Shown here: in pieces, positions 16,998 to 27,576 of the stretch | Numbering within the stretch: the first letter of the stretch is position 1 | How the letters are laid out: each line of letters begins with the position of its first letter | From: Promethearchaeota archaeon Loki_b31 | Lineage (GTDB): Archaea; Asgardarchaeota; Lokiarchaeia; Sigyniarchaeales; SOKP01 | Reading direction: 5' to 3' | Assembly: GCA_005222975.1 (NCBI GenBank) | Contig: NJBI01000030.1 | Location: 1 to 42,229, forward strand | DNA length: 42,229 bases | The notes under the pieces: model-generated | Database searches by the model: none | Told to the model about the DNA's origin: nothing | What the model saw: only the letters and a program-made list of their open reading frames with translations | Position numbers and translations under genes: made by a program

Positions 16998-18392
16998 TTA
17001 ATTTACTATTTTAGTCTTTATTAACGTTTTCTTAATTTTATCATATACTTGTGTAACTCTACTTTTCCATTCTTCAAATTTTACAATATCATTTGGAAAG
17101 ATCTTGTATAATTTAGAAATTTCATTCATCCTTATTCTAAGGTAATTTAAATCTAATAATAGTTTTGGCTTAGATAGCCCTTTTAACGCCTTTGTTACCA
17201 TATTAAGTAAGGATAAATCTATTCGTCCAGTTGAAGAGATTTCAAGAATTTCTTCTCCACTTAGTAAATCTTGTTGCAAAGCAAAATTTAGATCGTCGTT
17301 GGATAGCACTTGGAGAGTCATTCTTAGCAAGTCTAATGAAGCGAACTCTACTCCAAAACTGGTCATTATGCTATTGTTATAACGCCATAACGAATTAATT
17401 GAGTAATCTTCCTTTTCAATAGCGGCTAAAGCAGTATTGGCAGCAAAAAAACCTCCTCTCATTGAAGGATCGATCCCCCCTCCATGAATTGGATTAACTT
17501 GACAAGCGGCGTCTCCAACGAGCATAATACCATCGTCTGCACACGACCAAATAGGCCTTCTAACGGGCACTACGCCCCCTCCAGAAGAAATAATTTCATA
17601 ATTTGAAGTTTTAATATATTCTTTAAAAACATTTTGTTGATAGAGGTTTTTTACTTTACCTTTGTAATCCATAAATGTCCCTAAACCAATATTGACGGAT
17701 GACTCATTTTTTGGAAAATACCAAATATAACCTCCCGGTGCTTTTTCGCTATTTAAAATTATTGAAATATATTCAGGATCTTTGACTTTTAGGTCTTGAG
17801 GAGAGAACTTTACAATTTCCCTGTAACAAAGAATGCAATCTTCCTTTAAAATCTCTTTCTCAATTAAAGCGCTATTTACCTTCTTTCTAATTGTAGAATA
17901 AAATCCAGAGGCATCAATTACAAGTTTAGATTTTAAATCTATTTTATCTCCATTTTTTAGCTTTACTTTTACCCCAGCAACAAAATTTTTGTTATATAAT
18001 AAATCTAAAACCATCGTTTTATCCATAAACTGCTCTACACCGGCATCTAACGCTTCGTTAAGTAGTCTTTGCCCAAATTCTATTCTATTAACAATATAAC
18101 CCGCTTGTTTTGAATCAGTTAAATCTATACATTTTTTTAGGTCAGGGGAATATAATCTTGCACCTTTGATACGACAAGAAAGCTCTTCTCCTTTTGGATG
18201 GTTAATACTTAAAAAATCAAAAATGTCTGTTCCAACAGCGTCCCCGCAAATTTTATCGCCGATTTTATTTTTTTCCTTCCTGTCGATAAGGCAAACTTTT
18301 AAACCTTTTTCAGCGGTAAACCGAGCAGCTGTACTACCTCCCGTTCCCGCACCAACTACGATTACATCAAAAACATTCTTTAAATTTTCCAT
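16998..18392 (-). CDS. Geranylgeranyl reductase family (digeranylgeranylglycerophospholipid reductase)
   Basis: VVGAGTGG FAD motif, KICGDA, PGGYIWYFPK, GDAA.QVNPIHGGGI; lipid-operon context. Confidence 0.9.
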   Translation of the reverse strand: MENLKNVFDVIVVGAGTGGSTAARFTAEKGLKVCLIDRKEKNKIGDKICGDAVGTDIFDFLSINHPKGEELSCRIKGARLYSPDLKKCIDLTDSKQAGYIVNRIEFGQRLLNEALDAGVEQFMDKTMVLDLLYNKNFVAGVKVKLKNGDKIDLKSKLVIDASGFYSTIRKKVNSALIEKEILKEDCILCYREIVKFSPQDLKVKDPEYISIILNSEKAPGGYIWYFPKNESSVNIGLGTFMDYKGKVKNLYQQNVFKEYIKTSNYEIISSGGGVVPVRRPIWSCADDGIMLVGDAACQVNPIHGGGIDPSMRGGFFAANTALAAIEKEDYSINSLWRYNNSIMTSFGVEFASLDLLRMTLQVLSNDDLNFALQQDLLSGEEILEISSTGRIDLSLLNMVTKALKGLSKPKLLLDLNYLRIRMNEISKLYKIFPNDIVKFEEWKSRVTQVYDKIKKTLIKTKIVN

Positions 18393-18465
18393 TTTGATTT
18401 TCTTTATTTTTTAGATGATAACAATAGCACTAATGATAATAAAAAATAAAAAGTTAGATTTAAGA

Positions 18466-19206
18466 TTAAATTAATGTTATTAGAAAAATTATTAGCATTG
18501 TTAAGATAGGGACAGTTAGATCGTCCCAAGTACTAGGAGAAATTAGCTCTATTATTGTTGCTAAAATACTAGTAATTAACGAATATAAAAGCGCAGCTTC
18601 TAACGAAATACGAATTTGTGTTATTGGATTTATGACTCCTAAAATCGTAAAAGCAAAGAAACAAAGAATAAATCCACTAATAAAAAACGCTAAAGAGCCT
18701 TCCAAAGACCTGGTAGTGTTTACCCACGGAAGATTTATTTTTCGTTTTCCGTATTTTTTGCCAATTACCGATGCTAGAGTATCAGAGATGATCATTAATA
18801 GAATTCCTGCAATTGGGAAATACATTTGATCTGGAGCTATGATAACAAAAAGTGTGATCAATATTGTAATCGATAAGCAATAATGAAATGGCCCCTGTAA
18901 ATAACCCGCTTTTTCTTCTGCTTCTTCTCCTATTGAATCGTATAAATCTCTTAACTGTTTTACCTTACTTTTTTTTGAACTTAAAAAAGTTAAAATTGTC
19001 ATTGAACTAGCCAATAATACAGCCCACCATGGCCAAGTAAAATATGGTGTTATTAAAATACTTAACCCAGCGAATAAATGCACCATTTTACGAGCTTGGA
19101 ATTTAGTGATTTTATCTCTCTTCTTCAATTGAACTGGTATTAAAATAGTTGCAAAAACATAGATAAATGTTAATAGTAAAAGCAGTAAATCTAATAAAAT
19201 AATCAT
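18466..19206 (-). CDS. CTP-dependent polyprenol/diacylglycerol kinase family (phytol/dolichol-kinase-like) membrane protein
   Basis: RKMVHLFAG, SDTLASVIGKKYG, RSLEGS, DDLTVP. Confidence 0.85.
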   Translation of the reverse strand: MIILLDLLLLLLTFIYVFATILIPVQLKKRDKITKFQARKMVHLFAGLSILITPYFTWPWWAVLLASSMTILTFLSSKKSKVKQLRDLYDSIGEEAEEKAGYLQGPFHYCLSITILITLFVIIAPDQMYFPIAGILLMIISDTLASVIGKKYGKRKINLPWVNTTRSLEGSLAFFISGFILCFFAFTILGVINPITQIRISLEAALLYSLITSILATIIELISPSTWDDLTVPILTMLIIFLITLI

Positions 19207-19424
19207 AGAAAGTCGGTCCTTTTAATAATTATTGTTAATGAACCAGAGAAAATTTTATTTATTAAAAATAAAATCCCACTCATTCGAATATTATGTGTTA
19301 CAATCTTAAAAAGAATGTTATTCTTTTTGCCATACTAGTTTTTTGTCCAATTTTGGTTCTTTTTGAAAACCTATAAATACTACCTTATTTAAATTAGATA
19401 TGCAATATTTCAAGTGAATATATC

Positions 19425-20807
19425 ATGACAGAACAACAAAAAATGAAATTTTCTGATTCAATAACAACAAAAAAGATGGTTTTTTATACTCTTGGTGGTA
19501 TTAGTAGTGGTTTATTGTTCACTATGTAGGGTCAAATTCAATATTTTGCGGTTATTATTCTATTAATACCAACAGCAGTAATTCCGTTGATCTATTTAAT
19601 ATACTCGATTATAGATGGTGTAAACGATCCAATAATTGGATATTTAGCTGATAAATCTAAGAAATTGACCTCAAGATTTGGAAAGAGATTTCCGTGGATT
19701 ATTGGAGGTTTAGTTATAGGGCCAATTTTTTTAATCTTAAGTTTTATCCAAATTTCTCCTGACATTCTGATATCTGTAATTTGGCTAATAGTAGTTATGG
19801 TGGTATATGATACTTTTATGTCGTCAAGTGAGATTAATGAAATGGCTTTATTTCCCGATTTATTTAGGGAAGATTCCCATAGAAGAAAGGTAATCGTTAT
19901 AGGAGCAATTATAGGGGGTATAGCAACAATTTTTATCAATGTCTTAATCCCTATATTCATATCGTCAATTGGATATTTAGGAACGGTAGTTCTTGTTGTT
20001 ATTTTTGGTTACATTTTGGTTATTCCATATAGTTCTGGAATTCGAGAACCTAAAGAAATGAAGGAATTTCGCGCAGAATTGGACAGTTCTCAAAGGGGAT
20101 CATCACCTGTGGGTGAAGTGATTAAACGGATTTTTAAGGATCGTAGTTGGATGGGAATTACAATCGCAGGTTTTTCTTGGTCTGTAGCTGGGGCGTGTTT
20201 TCTATATGGGCTTAATTTTTATGTAACACATTCATTAGGATTAGATATAGGGGCTACTGCTCTACCTCTTTTGACGGTGAATACTATTGGATTTCTTCTT
20301 GCTCCTTTGTGGACATGGATTTCTAGAAAGATCGGTGTTAGAAATGCATATATAGCGGGTATGTTTTGTAATATTATCGCGTATTTCTCATTGGTGTTTG
20401 TTACTGATTTAATTAGTTTAACTTTAGTATTTGCTTTGGCTGGTGTTGGATTTAGTGCAACTGCGGGAGTCATTTTCGGGTTACTGAGAGCACAAGGTAT
20501 AGACAACGCAACAGTTAATTCCGGAAAACGTGAAGAAGGAAGTTATTCAGGTATTTACAAGATTTTCACAGCTTTCTCATACTTTATTCAGACAGTAATT
20601 TTTGCGATTGTAGCAATATTTACGGGTTATGATCCAATTCTAGAAACAGGGAACACGGATGCTGCAAAGTTTGGTTTACTTTTTCAAATGTCAATAATTC
20701 CAATGATTATAACTATAATTGGTACGATTGCTTTTATCTTCCTGTATAAAATATCAAAAGAAGAGGCTATAGGTATCAAATTGAAAATAGAAGAAATGAA
20801 TCTTTAA
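19425..20807 (+). pseudogene. GPH (MelB-like, MFS_2) transporter interrupted by an in-frame TAG at codon 35
   Basis: ATG 19425 (AAGTG 8 nt upstream) reads MTEQQKMK...LLFTM*GQIQYFAV..., in frame with ORF 19587..20807. TAG at 19527-19529. GPH motifs DGVNDPIIGYLAD, RFGKRFPW, GKREEGSYSG. Confidence 0.75.
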
Positions 20808-20810
20808 TCA

Positions 20811-20828
20811 TTTTATTTTTTTTTTTTT
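20811..20828 (+). terminator. Oligo-T archaeal-type terminator after the MFS gene
   Basis: ttttattttttttttttt just after the TAA at 20807. Confidence 0.45.
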
Positions 20829-20891
20829 GTGAAAAGTTATTTTTAATTCTGCATTTTTACTTGTATAATAAATTATTAAGGGATAATTGAT

Positions 20892-22937
20892 ATGAACGAG
20901 ATTTATTCAAAAGAACAACTCCAAAAATTACCATTTATGGATAGTAACCTTAATTTGGAAAATCGGGTAGAAGATTTATTAAGTAGATTAACGCTTGAGG
21001 AAAAATTTAAGCTATGTTCTGGAAGATTTATGTGGCATACTAAACCTATTAAAAGATTGGGTGTAAAATCATTTACGATGTACGATGGTCCTCACGGTGT
21101 TCGACCCGACACTATGGGTGAAATAAAGTGTACCTATTTTCCTTCAGGTATTTGTAGGACAGCAACATGGAATCCTAAACTATCTCACGAATTTGGGAAA
21201 GCTGTAGCCGAAGAAGTTCGTGAAGTCGGCGCTCACATGCTACTAGCTCCTGGTATCAATATTCAAAGAACTCCAATGAATGGAAGGACTTTTGAGTATC
21301 AAACAGAGGACCCACATTTAAATAAAGTTCTTGCTGTTGCTACCGTGAAAGGAATTCAAAGCCAAAAAATTGCAGCGTGTGTAAAACACTTCATATGTAA
21401 CAATCAAGAAGCAAATAGATTCACAGTGAGTTCCGAAGTGAGCGAACGGGCACTCCAAGAAATATATTTACCCGCTTTTAAGGCGACCGTCCAAGAAGCT
21501 GATGCGTGGTCCTTCATGACTTGCTATAACAAGGTAAATGGAATTTACGGATCAGAGAATTATAATCTATTAAGAGAAAGATTGATGGAACAATGGGGCT
21601 TTAGAGGATTTACAGTTTCAGATTGGAATGCCACAGCCTATACAAGTACTGGAAGTTGTGTTACTGCAGGGTTATCTCTCGAAATGCCTACAGCAAAAAA
21701 GTACAATAAAAGAAATATGAAAAAAGCCTTTCAAGAAGGTAAATTCACCGAAGACTCATTAAACGATAATGTCAAGAGATTACTAAGGGTTATGTTTTTA
21801 GTTGGATTATATGACGCTGAGAATACGCTCCCTCGCGGTAGTAGAAATACCCTTGAACATCAAGCGATAGCTCGCAAGATAGCCGAAGAAGGGATCGTAC
21901 TTTTGAAAAACGAGGAATCTTTACTACCCTTAGATATTAATACAATAAAAAGGTTAGCTGTTATTGGGCCAAATGCGAACTTTAAAATAGTAGAAGGAGG
22001 TATATTATCTGGTGGGGGCGGTAGCTCAGTTAATTATCCCCCATACGAGATTACCCCTTTTGAGGGCTTAAAGCAGAAATGTAAGGATAAATTGGAAATT
22101 ATAGATACGCCTTCAAAAGCAGATGTAACAATAATTTTCGCTGGACTCAATCACGATCCAGGTAAGGATGCTGAAGGAGTAGATAAGAACGCGTTTGAAT
22201 TGCCTTCAGATCAAATTGAATTAATTAATAAAACAGTAAAGGAAAATCCCAAAACGATCGTAGTACTTATCAATGGAAGCCCTATAGCCATGAAAGATTG
22301 GATCGATAACGTTCCTTCTGTTATTGAAGCTTGGTATGGAGGAATGGAGGCTGGGCACGCTATAGCGAACGTTTTATTTGGAGATGTGACCCCTTCTGGA
22401 AAACTCCCTATGACATTTCCAAAAAAACTTTCAGATTCACCCGCTCACGTATCAAAGAGAACTTACCCTGGGGATGATAAGGTTTTTTACGATGAGGGAA
22501 TTTTTGTTGGATATCGCCATTTTGACACAAAAGATATCGAGCCACTTTTTCCTTTTGGTCATGGGTTATCTTATACTACTTTCGTCTATGAAAATGTAAT
22601 AATTAATAAAGAAAAGGTAAGAGGAGATGACAAGTTTGAAGTATCGTTTGATATAATAAACTCTGGTAAACGCTCTGGAGCTGAAGTTATACAAATATAT
22701 ATTCAGGATATTGAATCAAGCGCGGAGAGACCATTAAAAGAATTGAAAGGTTTTAAAAAAGTAAATCTTAATCCTGGGGAAAAAACTAATGTTGTATTTG
22801 AATTAGAAAAGAGCGATCTCTCTTTTTATGATGATGTAAGCGGTAAATGGAAAGTAGAGGAGGGTTTATTCAACATTTTAATTGGAAGCTCTTCACGGGA
22901 TATTCGTCTTCAATGTAAAATCGAATATATCGGATAA
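20892..22937 (+). CDS. Glycoside hydrolase family 3 beta-glucosidase/xylosidase with FnIII-like C-terminus
   Basis: DGPHGVR, APGINIQRTP..GRTFEY, KHF, SDW nucleophile, VLLKN, PSGKLP.TFP, FPFGHGLSYTTF. Confidence 0.95.
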   Translation: MNEIYSKEQLQKLPFMDSNLNLENRVEDLLSRLTLEEKFKLCSGRFMWHTKPIKRLGVKSFTMYDGPHGVRPDTMGEIKCTYFPSGICRTATWNPKLSHEFGKAVAEEVREVGAHMLLAPGINIQRTPMNGRTFEYQTEDPHLNKVLAVATVKGIQSQKIAACVKHFICNNQEANRFTVSSEVSERALQEIYLPAFKATVQEADAWSFMTCYNKVNGIYGSENYNLLRERLMEQWGFRGFTVSDWNATAYTSTGSCVTAGLSLEMPTAKKYNKRNMKKAFQEGKFTEDSLNDNVKRLLRVMFLVGLYDAENTLPRGSRNTLEHQAIARKIAEEGIVLLKNEESLLPLDINTIKRLAVIGPNANFKIVEGGILSGGGGSSVNYPPYEITPFEGLKQKCKDKLEIIDTPSKADVTIIFAGLNHDPGKDAEGVDKNAFELPSDQIELINKTVKENPKTIVVLINGSPIAMKDWIDNVPSVIEAWYGGMEAGHAIANVLFGDVTPSGKLPMTFPKKLSDSPAHVSKRTYPGDDKVFYDEGIFVGYRHFDTKDIEPLFPFGHGLSYTTFVYENVIINKEKVRGDDKFEVSFDIINSGKRSGAEVIQIYIQDIESSAERPLKELKGFKKVNLNPGEKTNVVFELEKSDLSFYDDVSGKWKVEEGLFNILIGSSSRDIRLQCKIEYIG

Positions 22938-22992
22938 ATTTATATCTTTAAAATTTTCTTATTATTACTTTTTTTTCTTTCATATATGTGAT

Positions 22993-24435
22993 TTATTGGG
23001 AAAGCTCGTTATTTAATGTGGGTATTCCACTTAACTCTTTATTTAACTTAATGTTTTTTAGAAATAGAAGGCTTATCAAGTAGAAGATACCCATAGATGA
23101 TATTAAAAATGTAATTATAATTGGATTATTTTCATTAGGTCCAGAAAGAATAAAGCCTAATATGATTGAAGAGAGCGCTTGACCAATAGATGTAAAAAAG
23201 GTTAGTGATCCATAATAAGCTCCTGATAATTTAGAGATTGATATACTAGTATTTAATTTTTCTTCTTTATAAGAGGCTTCATGAACCAATGTAGCACCAA
23301 TAGGGATGGCAAATAATGGAAACGCATACATAGATCCTAATACCGTTCCAATTGATAGTATAAAAATAAAAATTTTTAATTCAAAAGAAAGGAACTCTAG
23401 CAAAAAGAGAAGTTCTAATAATGAAGCAATTGTCGCAAGTCCGATACATATGAAATATTTTGTTATGATACTTCTTTTAGTAAGGATTTTTCTCCATATA
23501 AAGTACCAGGTAAACTTACTAAAAATAGAGACTATTACATATATAAAAAATTCGCTTTCTTTAAATTTAAGAACAATCACTAAAAAAGGGATTACTAAAA
23601 TTCCTAAAGTTATGCCAGATATACTATGTAAAAACCTAACTACCAAGAAATTTCTAAATTTTTTATCTTTAATAGGTACTGCAATTTGTTGAATAGTAGA
23701 CACAATCGATATTTTATTCTTTTCATTAATTGGGGTATTATTATGAAATTTTTCGTCTACTGAAAAGAAGGTGAAAATTATTGTTATTAACCCAAAAATC
23801 GCGAATGTTATACCTATCATTGGAATATAAAGAAGTATTAATTTTCCTGAAGGTTGCCACCATTTTACATTTTCAGGATCGGCGAGTATACTCTGTACTA
23901 TTAAGGGTAACATTAATGCTAATATTGAAGCAATAATTGAAAATAATGCTCTATTAGAAGCAACAACTTTCCTGTTTTTTTGAGTTTGAGATTGTTCTGG
24001 TAACATTGATAAGTAAACATTAAAAATTAATGTACCCGATGTAGCTTGTAATGCCGTCATAAACCAGAAAAAAATTGCCGTTGGCCAAAAAAAAGAATCC
24101 GCTTGAGGAGCATACCATGGAGGAAACCATATTAAAATGTTTGCTAAAACCCATAATGGCAGAGCAAAAAGTAAAAAAGGTCGTCTTTTTCCCAATTTTC
24201 CGGGTGTTTTATTATCAACAATAACTCCAAATATTATTGAGAAAAAGGCACCAATAATTAATTGCATTGAAATTCCAATTGAGACAAGTATTGAGTTTAA
24301 ATTAATTGTATATACATAAAACTGGAAAACAAACGTTCCGAATAATATATTTACTAATGATATTCCAAAGTCTCCAATTGAATATCCAATTAATCGGAAT
24401 CCCAATAACTCCCTAGGGCTAGCAGCCTCAACCAT
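22993..24435 (-). CDS. GPH (MFS_2) family sugar/glycoside-cation symporter
   Basis: GYSIGDFG, GKLGKRRPF, SMLPEQ, about 12 TM segments. Confidence 0.85.
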   Translation of the reverse strand: MVEAASPRELLGFRLIGYSIGDFGISLVNILFGTFVFQFYVYTINLNSILVSIGISMQLIIGAFFSIIFGVIVDNKTPGKLGKRRPFLLFALPLWVLANILIWFPPWYAPQADSFFWPTAIFFWFMTALQATSGTLIFNVYLSMLPEQSQTQKNRKVVASNRALFSIIASILALMLPLIVQSILADPENVKWWQPSGKLILLYIPMIGITFAIFGLITIIFTFFSVDEKFHNNTPINEKNKISIVSTIQQIAVPIKDKKFRNFLVVRFLHSISGITLGILVIPFLVIVLKFKESEFFIYVIVSIFSKFTWYFIWRKILTKRSIITKYFICIGLATIASLLELLFLLEFLSFELKIFIFILSIGTVLGSMYAFPLFAIPIGATLVHEASYKEEKLNTSISISKLSGAYYGSLTFFTSIGQALSSIILGFILSGPNENNPIIITFLISSMGIFYLISLLFLKNIKLNKELSGIPTLNNELSQ

Positions 24436-24562
24436 AATCGCAAAAAAAAATTTTAATATAATATTTATAAAATCAAATGTAGACGAGAATTACAATTTTA
24501 GTTTTTTTAAAAAAAGGATAAAAAAAAAGATGTGAAATTATGTTTAAATAATAATTGAAGAT

Positions 24563-24991
24563 TTAATCTTCAAAATATTCTGCTCCTTCTTCCATAGCTA
24601 GACCAACAATTTCCCCATAAGCGATAGCATCTTGAAGGTTGCCTTCTATAACTAGGTCCCCCGACATGTACGCGCTAGTGGAATCTAATTCGCCAGAGGA
24701 TAATCCTGCCCAAGTTGCTCCTGTCGCAGACATGGTAACGCTCGGGTCATCAGCGTCTCCTTCGCCATAATCGATCTTTCCGTCTCCCATTTTAACCCAA
24801 TACCTATAATTAACATCAGTCACTACGAGTTGAACGGCCATAAGATCGATATCTTCTAATTCTTCTTTTAAATCTTCGCTTTCCTCGGCCATTTGCTTGA
24901 CAAACTCATACATTTTGAGAGCGTCAGAAGGTTGGCTTGCACCTTTTTCTCTCATTTCTTTTAATTCTTTTATTAAATTCTCGTCAACCAT
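24563..24991 (-). CDS. SCP2 sterol/lipid-binding domain protein
   Basis: PSVTMS.....W..L.SGELD...AYMSGDLVIEGNL..A, the SCP2 signature. Confidence 0.88.
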   Translation of the reverse strand: MVDENLIKELKEMREKGASQPSDALKMYEFVKQMAEESEDLKEELEDIDLMAVQLVVTDVNYRYWVKMGDGKIDYGEGDADDPSVTMSATGATWAGLSSGELDSTSAYMSGDLVIEGNLQDAIAYGEIVGLAMEEGAEYFED

Positions 24992-25206
24992 TTTAAATTT
25001 CTACCTTCTTTTTTTTTTTATAAGGTTACAGTTATAGATTACGATTTAAGTTTATTTAAAGTTTTATTTTTTGAGAATGTACGGAAGTAAAATATATCTA
25101 TAAAAATTTTAAATTTAGAAATTAATTTGCATCAATTCCATCTAAAACTTTTTAATTTTGAGCAAACTTAATAAAATAACGTTAAATACTTAACTTCTGT
25201 TCTATT

Positions 25207-26463
25207 ATGTTGAGAGTAGGGATAATTGGTTGTGGTGATATCGCAAACTTAAATGTGTTAGGATATCTTCGTTCCCAAGAAACTGAACTTGTGGGGGTAA
25301 GCGATACTGATTTAAAAACTGCTGGTAAAAAGTTAGAAAGATGGGGCTTACGGACAGTCCCAATATACGAAGATTATAAGAAAATGATTGATCGCGAAGA
25401 TCTTGATATTGTAGAAATTTTAACACCACATCATCTTCACGCTCCAATGACAGCATATTGTGCTAAAGCGGGAGTTCCAGGAATTTCGGTACAAAAGCCA
25501 ATGGCTCATACGATAACAGATTGTGAAAACATGATTCGTGTTTGTAAAGATGAAAATGTAAAACTTAAACTATATGAAAACTTTAGGTTTTATCCAGTTT
25601 ATTTAAGAGCAAAAGAGCTGTTAGATCAAGGAATAATAGGAGAATCTTTAAATTTCAGAATAAATACCATTGCCATGGGAGGTCCAAGTATGCCAGTAGA
25701 TATGAAAGCTCTTCTTTGGCGTCGTAATATTGATAAATGCGGAGGGGGTTCATGGATATATGATGATGGAATTCATAAATTCTCAATGGCGTTATGGTTA
25801 ATGGATCAAGAGAAAGTCGATGAATTATACAGTTGGATCGATTATTTTTCCACGGTGATGGATTCACCAAGTCTCATTTTTTGGAAATACCCTAAAAAAG
25901 AATTAGATGATCCCCCTAAATACGGTTCAATGCAGTTTACTCTTGCTCCTAATGTTTATTATCCAAGTAATTATTATGATTGTGACGAATTCATTGAAAT
26001 CTCTGGAACGAAAGGTATGATATGGTTAAACCAGTGTACTTGTGGGGGAAATTTGATATCTAAAACGCCTCAATATCCACCTATTGTTGTGTATAGTGGT
26101 GGTGAAGTCAAAACTTATGGAGAAGAATTACCACGGGATTGGAGATATTCTTTTATTAATTCTACTGAACATTTTATTCGTGCTATACAAGAAAAGAGCG
26201 ACCCGATTTATACTGGCGAACAAGGGAGGGATTTAAGTATTTTTGCTAAAATGCCTTTTATATCGACTCAACAGAAAAGGATTGTAAGGTGGGACGAAAT
26301 TACTCCAGAAAATGAGCAAAATGATTCTTGTACCGTGAAGGAGCTTGTGGAAGTTGATGGAGGTACATATAGAAAATATCTTAAGAATATTAGAATGGAT
26401 TTAAAAAAAGGGATTCAAGAAGGATTAGAGCATAAAGAATTTAAGTATCAATACGAACTTTAA
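25207..26463 (+). CDS. Gfo/Idh/MocA family NAD(P)-dependent oxidoreductase
   Basis: VGIIGCG, LTPHHLH, VQKPMA, ENFRF, GGGSWIYDDGIH. Confidence 0.92.
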   Translation: MLRVGIIGCGDIANLNVLGYLRSQETELVGVSDTDLKTAGKKLERWGLRTVPIYEDYKKMIDREDLDIVEILTPHHLHAPMTAYCAKAGVPGISVQKPMAHTITDCENMIRVCKDENVKLKLYENFRFYPVYLRAKELLDQGIIGESLNFRINTIAMGGPSMPVDMKALLWRRNIDKCGGGSWIYDDGIHKFSMALWLMDQEKVDELYSWIDYFSTVMDSPSLIFWKYPKKELDDPPKYGSMQFTLAPNVYYPSNYYDCDEFIEISGTKGMIWLNQCTCGGNLISKTPQYPPIVVYSGGEVKTYGEELPRDWRYSFINSTEHFIRAIQEKSDPIYTGEQGRDLSIFAKMPFISTQQKRIVRWDEITPENEQNDSCTVKELVEVDGGTYRKYLKNIRMDLKKGIQEGLEHKEFKYQYEL

Positions 26464-26469
26464 TTTATT

Positions 26470-27576
26470 TTAATGGAACTCTTTCAATGATACTTCTTTG
26501 CCCAATTCAGAAGATTTTACTGCTGCCAAATTGAATTTTAACACATTTCTCGCTTGTTCACCAGATAATATTGGTTTTTTGTTTCCTTTAACAACCTCTA
26601 TAAAATATTTTGTTGCGTTAATAAAACTATATTTCCAATCGTTTTCGAAATCACTATAGGTTTCAACCTTTCCATCTCTAACTATTACTATTGGAGCGAA
26701 GATATTTGATTTTGACATTTGATTTCCTAATGAGGTTCCTTGATTTATTTTCATAATTCCTCTACTTGCGATAATTTCAATAAATTCATCAGTGGAATAA
26801 TATTTTGAAGGAAGTCTCATCTCAGGCATTAAAGAAAATTCCATATGACCATATTGTGGAACAATATGTTCTCTGTTTTGCTTATATTTGAACATTACAT
26901 ATGCTGGAGCATCTAAACCTTTATAATTACCTGTCCAGGCGAATACTTTCTCGATTTCTTCTCCAAAAATCCAAGGTGCCAAAGCAAAAGCGTGCCAACC
27001 GTTGTCAAGTAGGACAGGCGAGCCTGTTTCAGCACCCCCAACCATTTTAGGGTCTTCTCTCCATTTATTAGCACTTTCTGGAACTTTCCAACCCCCCGTA
27101 GCACCCATCGCAGTTTTAATTCGAATTGAGGATGGATCACCAATATAATCTTCATCTAGTAGCTCTTTAGCTTTTAAAATATGTGGAGCAAACATGAAAT
27201 TTTCATAAATTGATAATATTGATTGAGATTTTTTGCACTCTTCAATCATTTCGTCTACCTGTTCAAGATTTAAAGCCATAGGCTTTTGAACCGATATTGC
27301 CTTAATTCCTTTTTTAGCAGCATAAATGGTAGCATCTGCATGGAGATGATGAGGAAGTAAAATCTCTATTAAATCTAATTCTTCTTTATCTAGCATTTCT
27401 TTGTAATCAGAATATATTCGGGTATCCTTATGAAGTTTGAATTTATTAATTTTAGCTTTAGCTTTATCTATAGTTCTATTGCTTAAACTTGTAATTTCAA
27501 CATCTTCATTATTCAAGTATCCAAGAACATTTAAATCGAAAATGACCCCCGTTCCAATAATTCCAACCTTCAGCAT
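26470..27576 (-). CDS. Gfo/Idh/MocA family oxidoreductase (paralog of the neighbour)
   Basis: VGIIGTG, LLPHHLH, VQKPMA, LDNGWH; shares YY..DEFIEI and DW.YSFIN.T with 25207..26463. Confidence 0.92.
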   Translation of the reverse strand: MLKVGIIGTGVIFDLNVLGYLNNEDVEITSLSNRTIDKAKAKINKFKLHKDTRIYSDYKEMLDKEELDLIEILLPHHLHADATIYAAKKGIKAISVQKPMALNLEQVDEMIEECKKSQSILSIYENFMFAPHILKAKELLDEDYIGDPSSIRIKTAMGATGGWKVPESANKWREDPKMVGGAETGSPVLLDNGWHAFALAPWIFGEEIEKVFAWTGNYKGLDAPAYVMFKYKQNREHIVPQYGHMEFSLMPEMRLPSKYYSTDEFIEIIASRGIMKINQGTSLGNQMSKSNIFAPIVIVRDGKVETYSDFENDWKYSFINATKYFIEVVKGNKKPILSGEQARNVLKFNLAAVKSSELGKEVSLKEFH

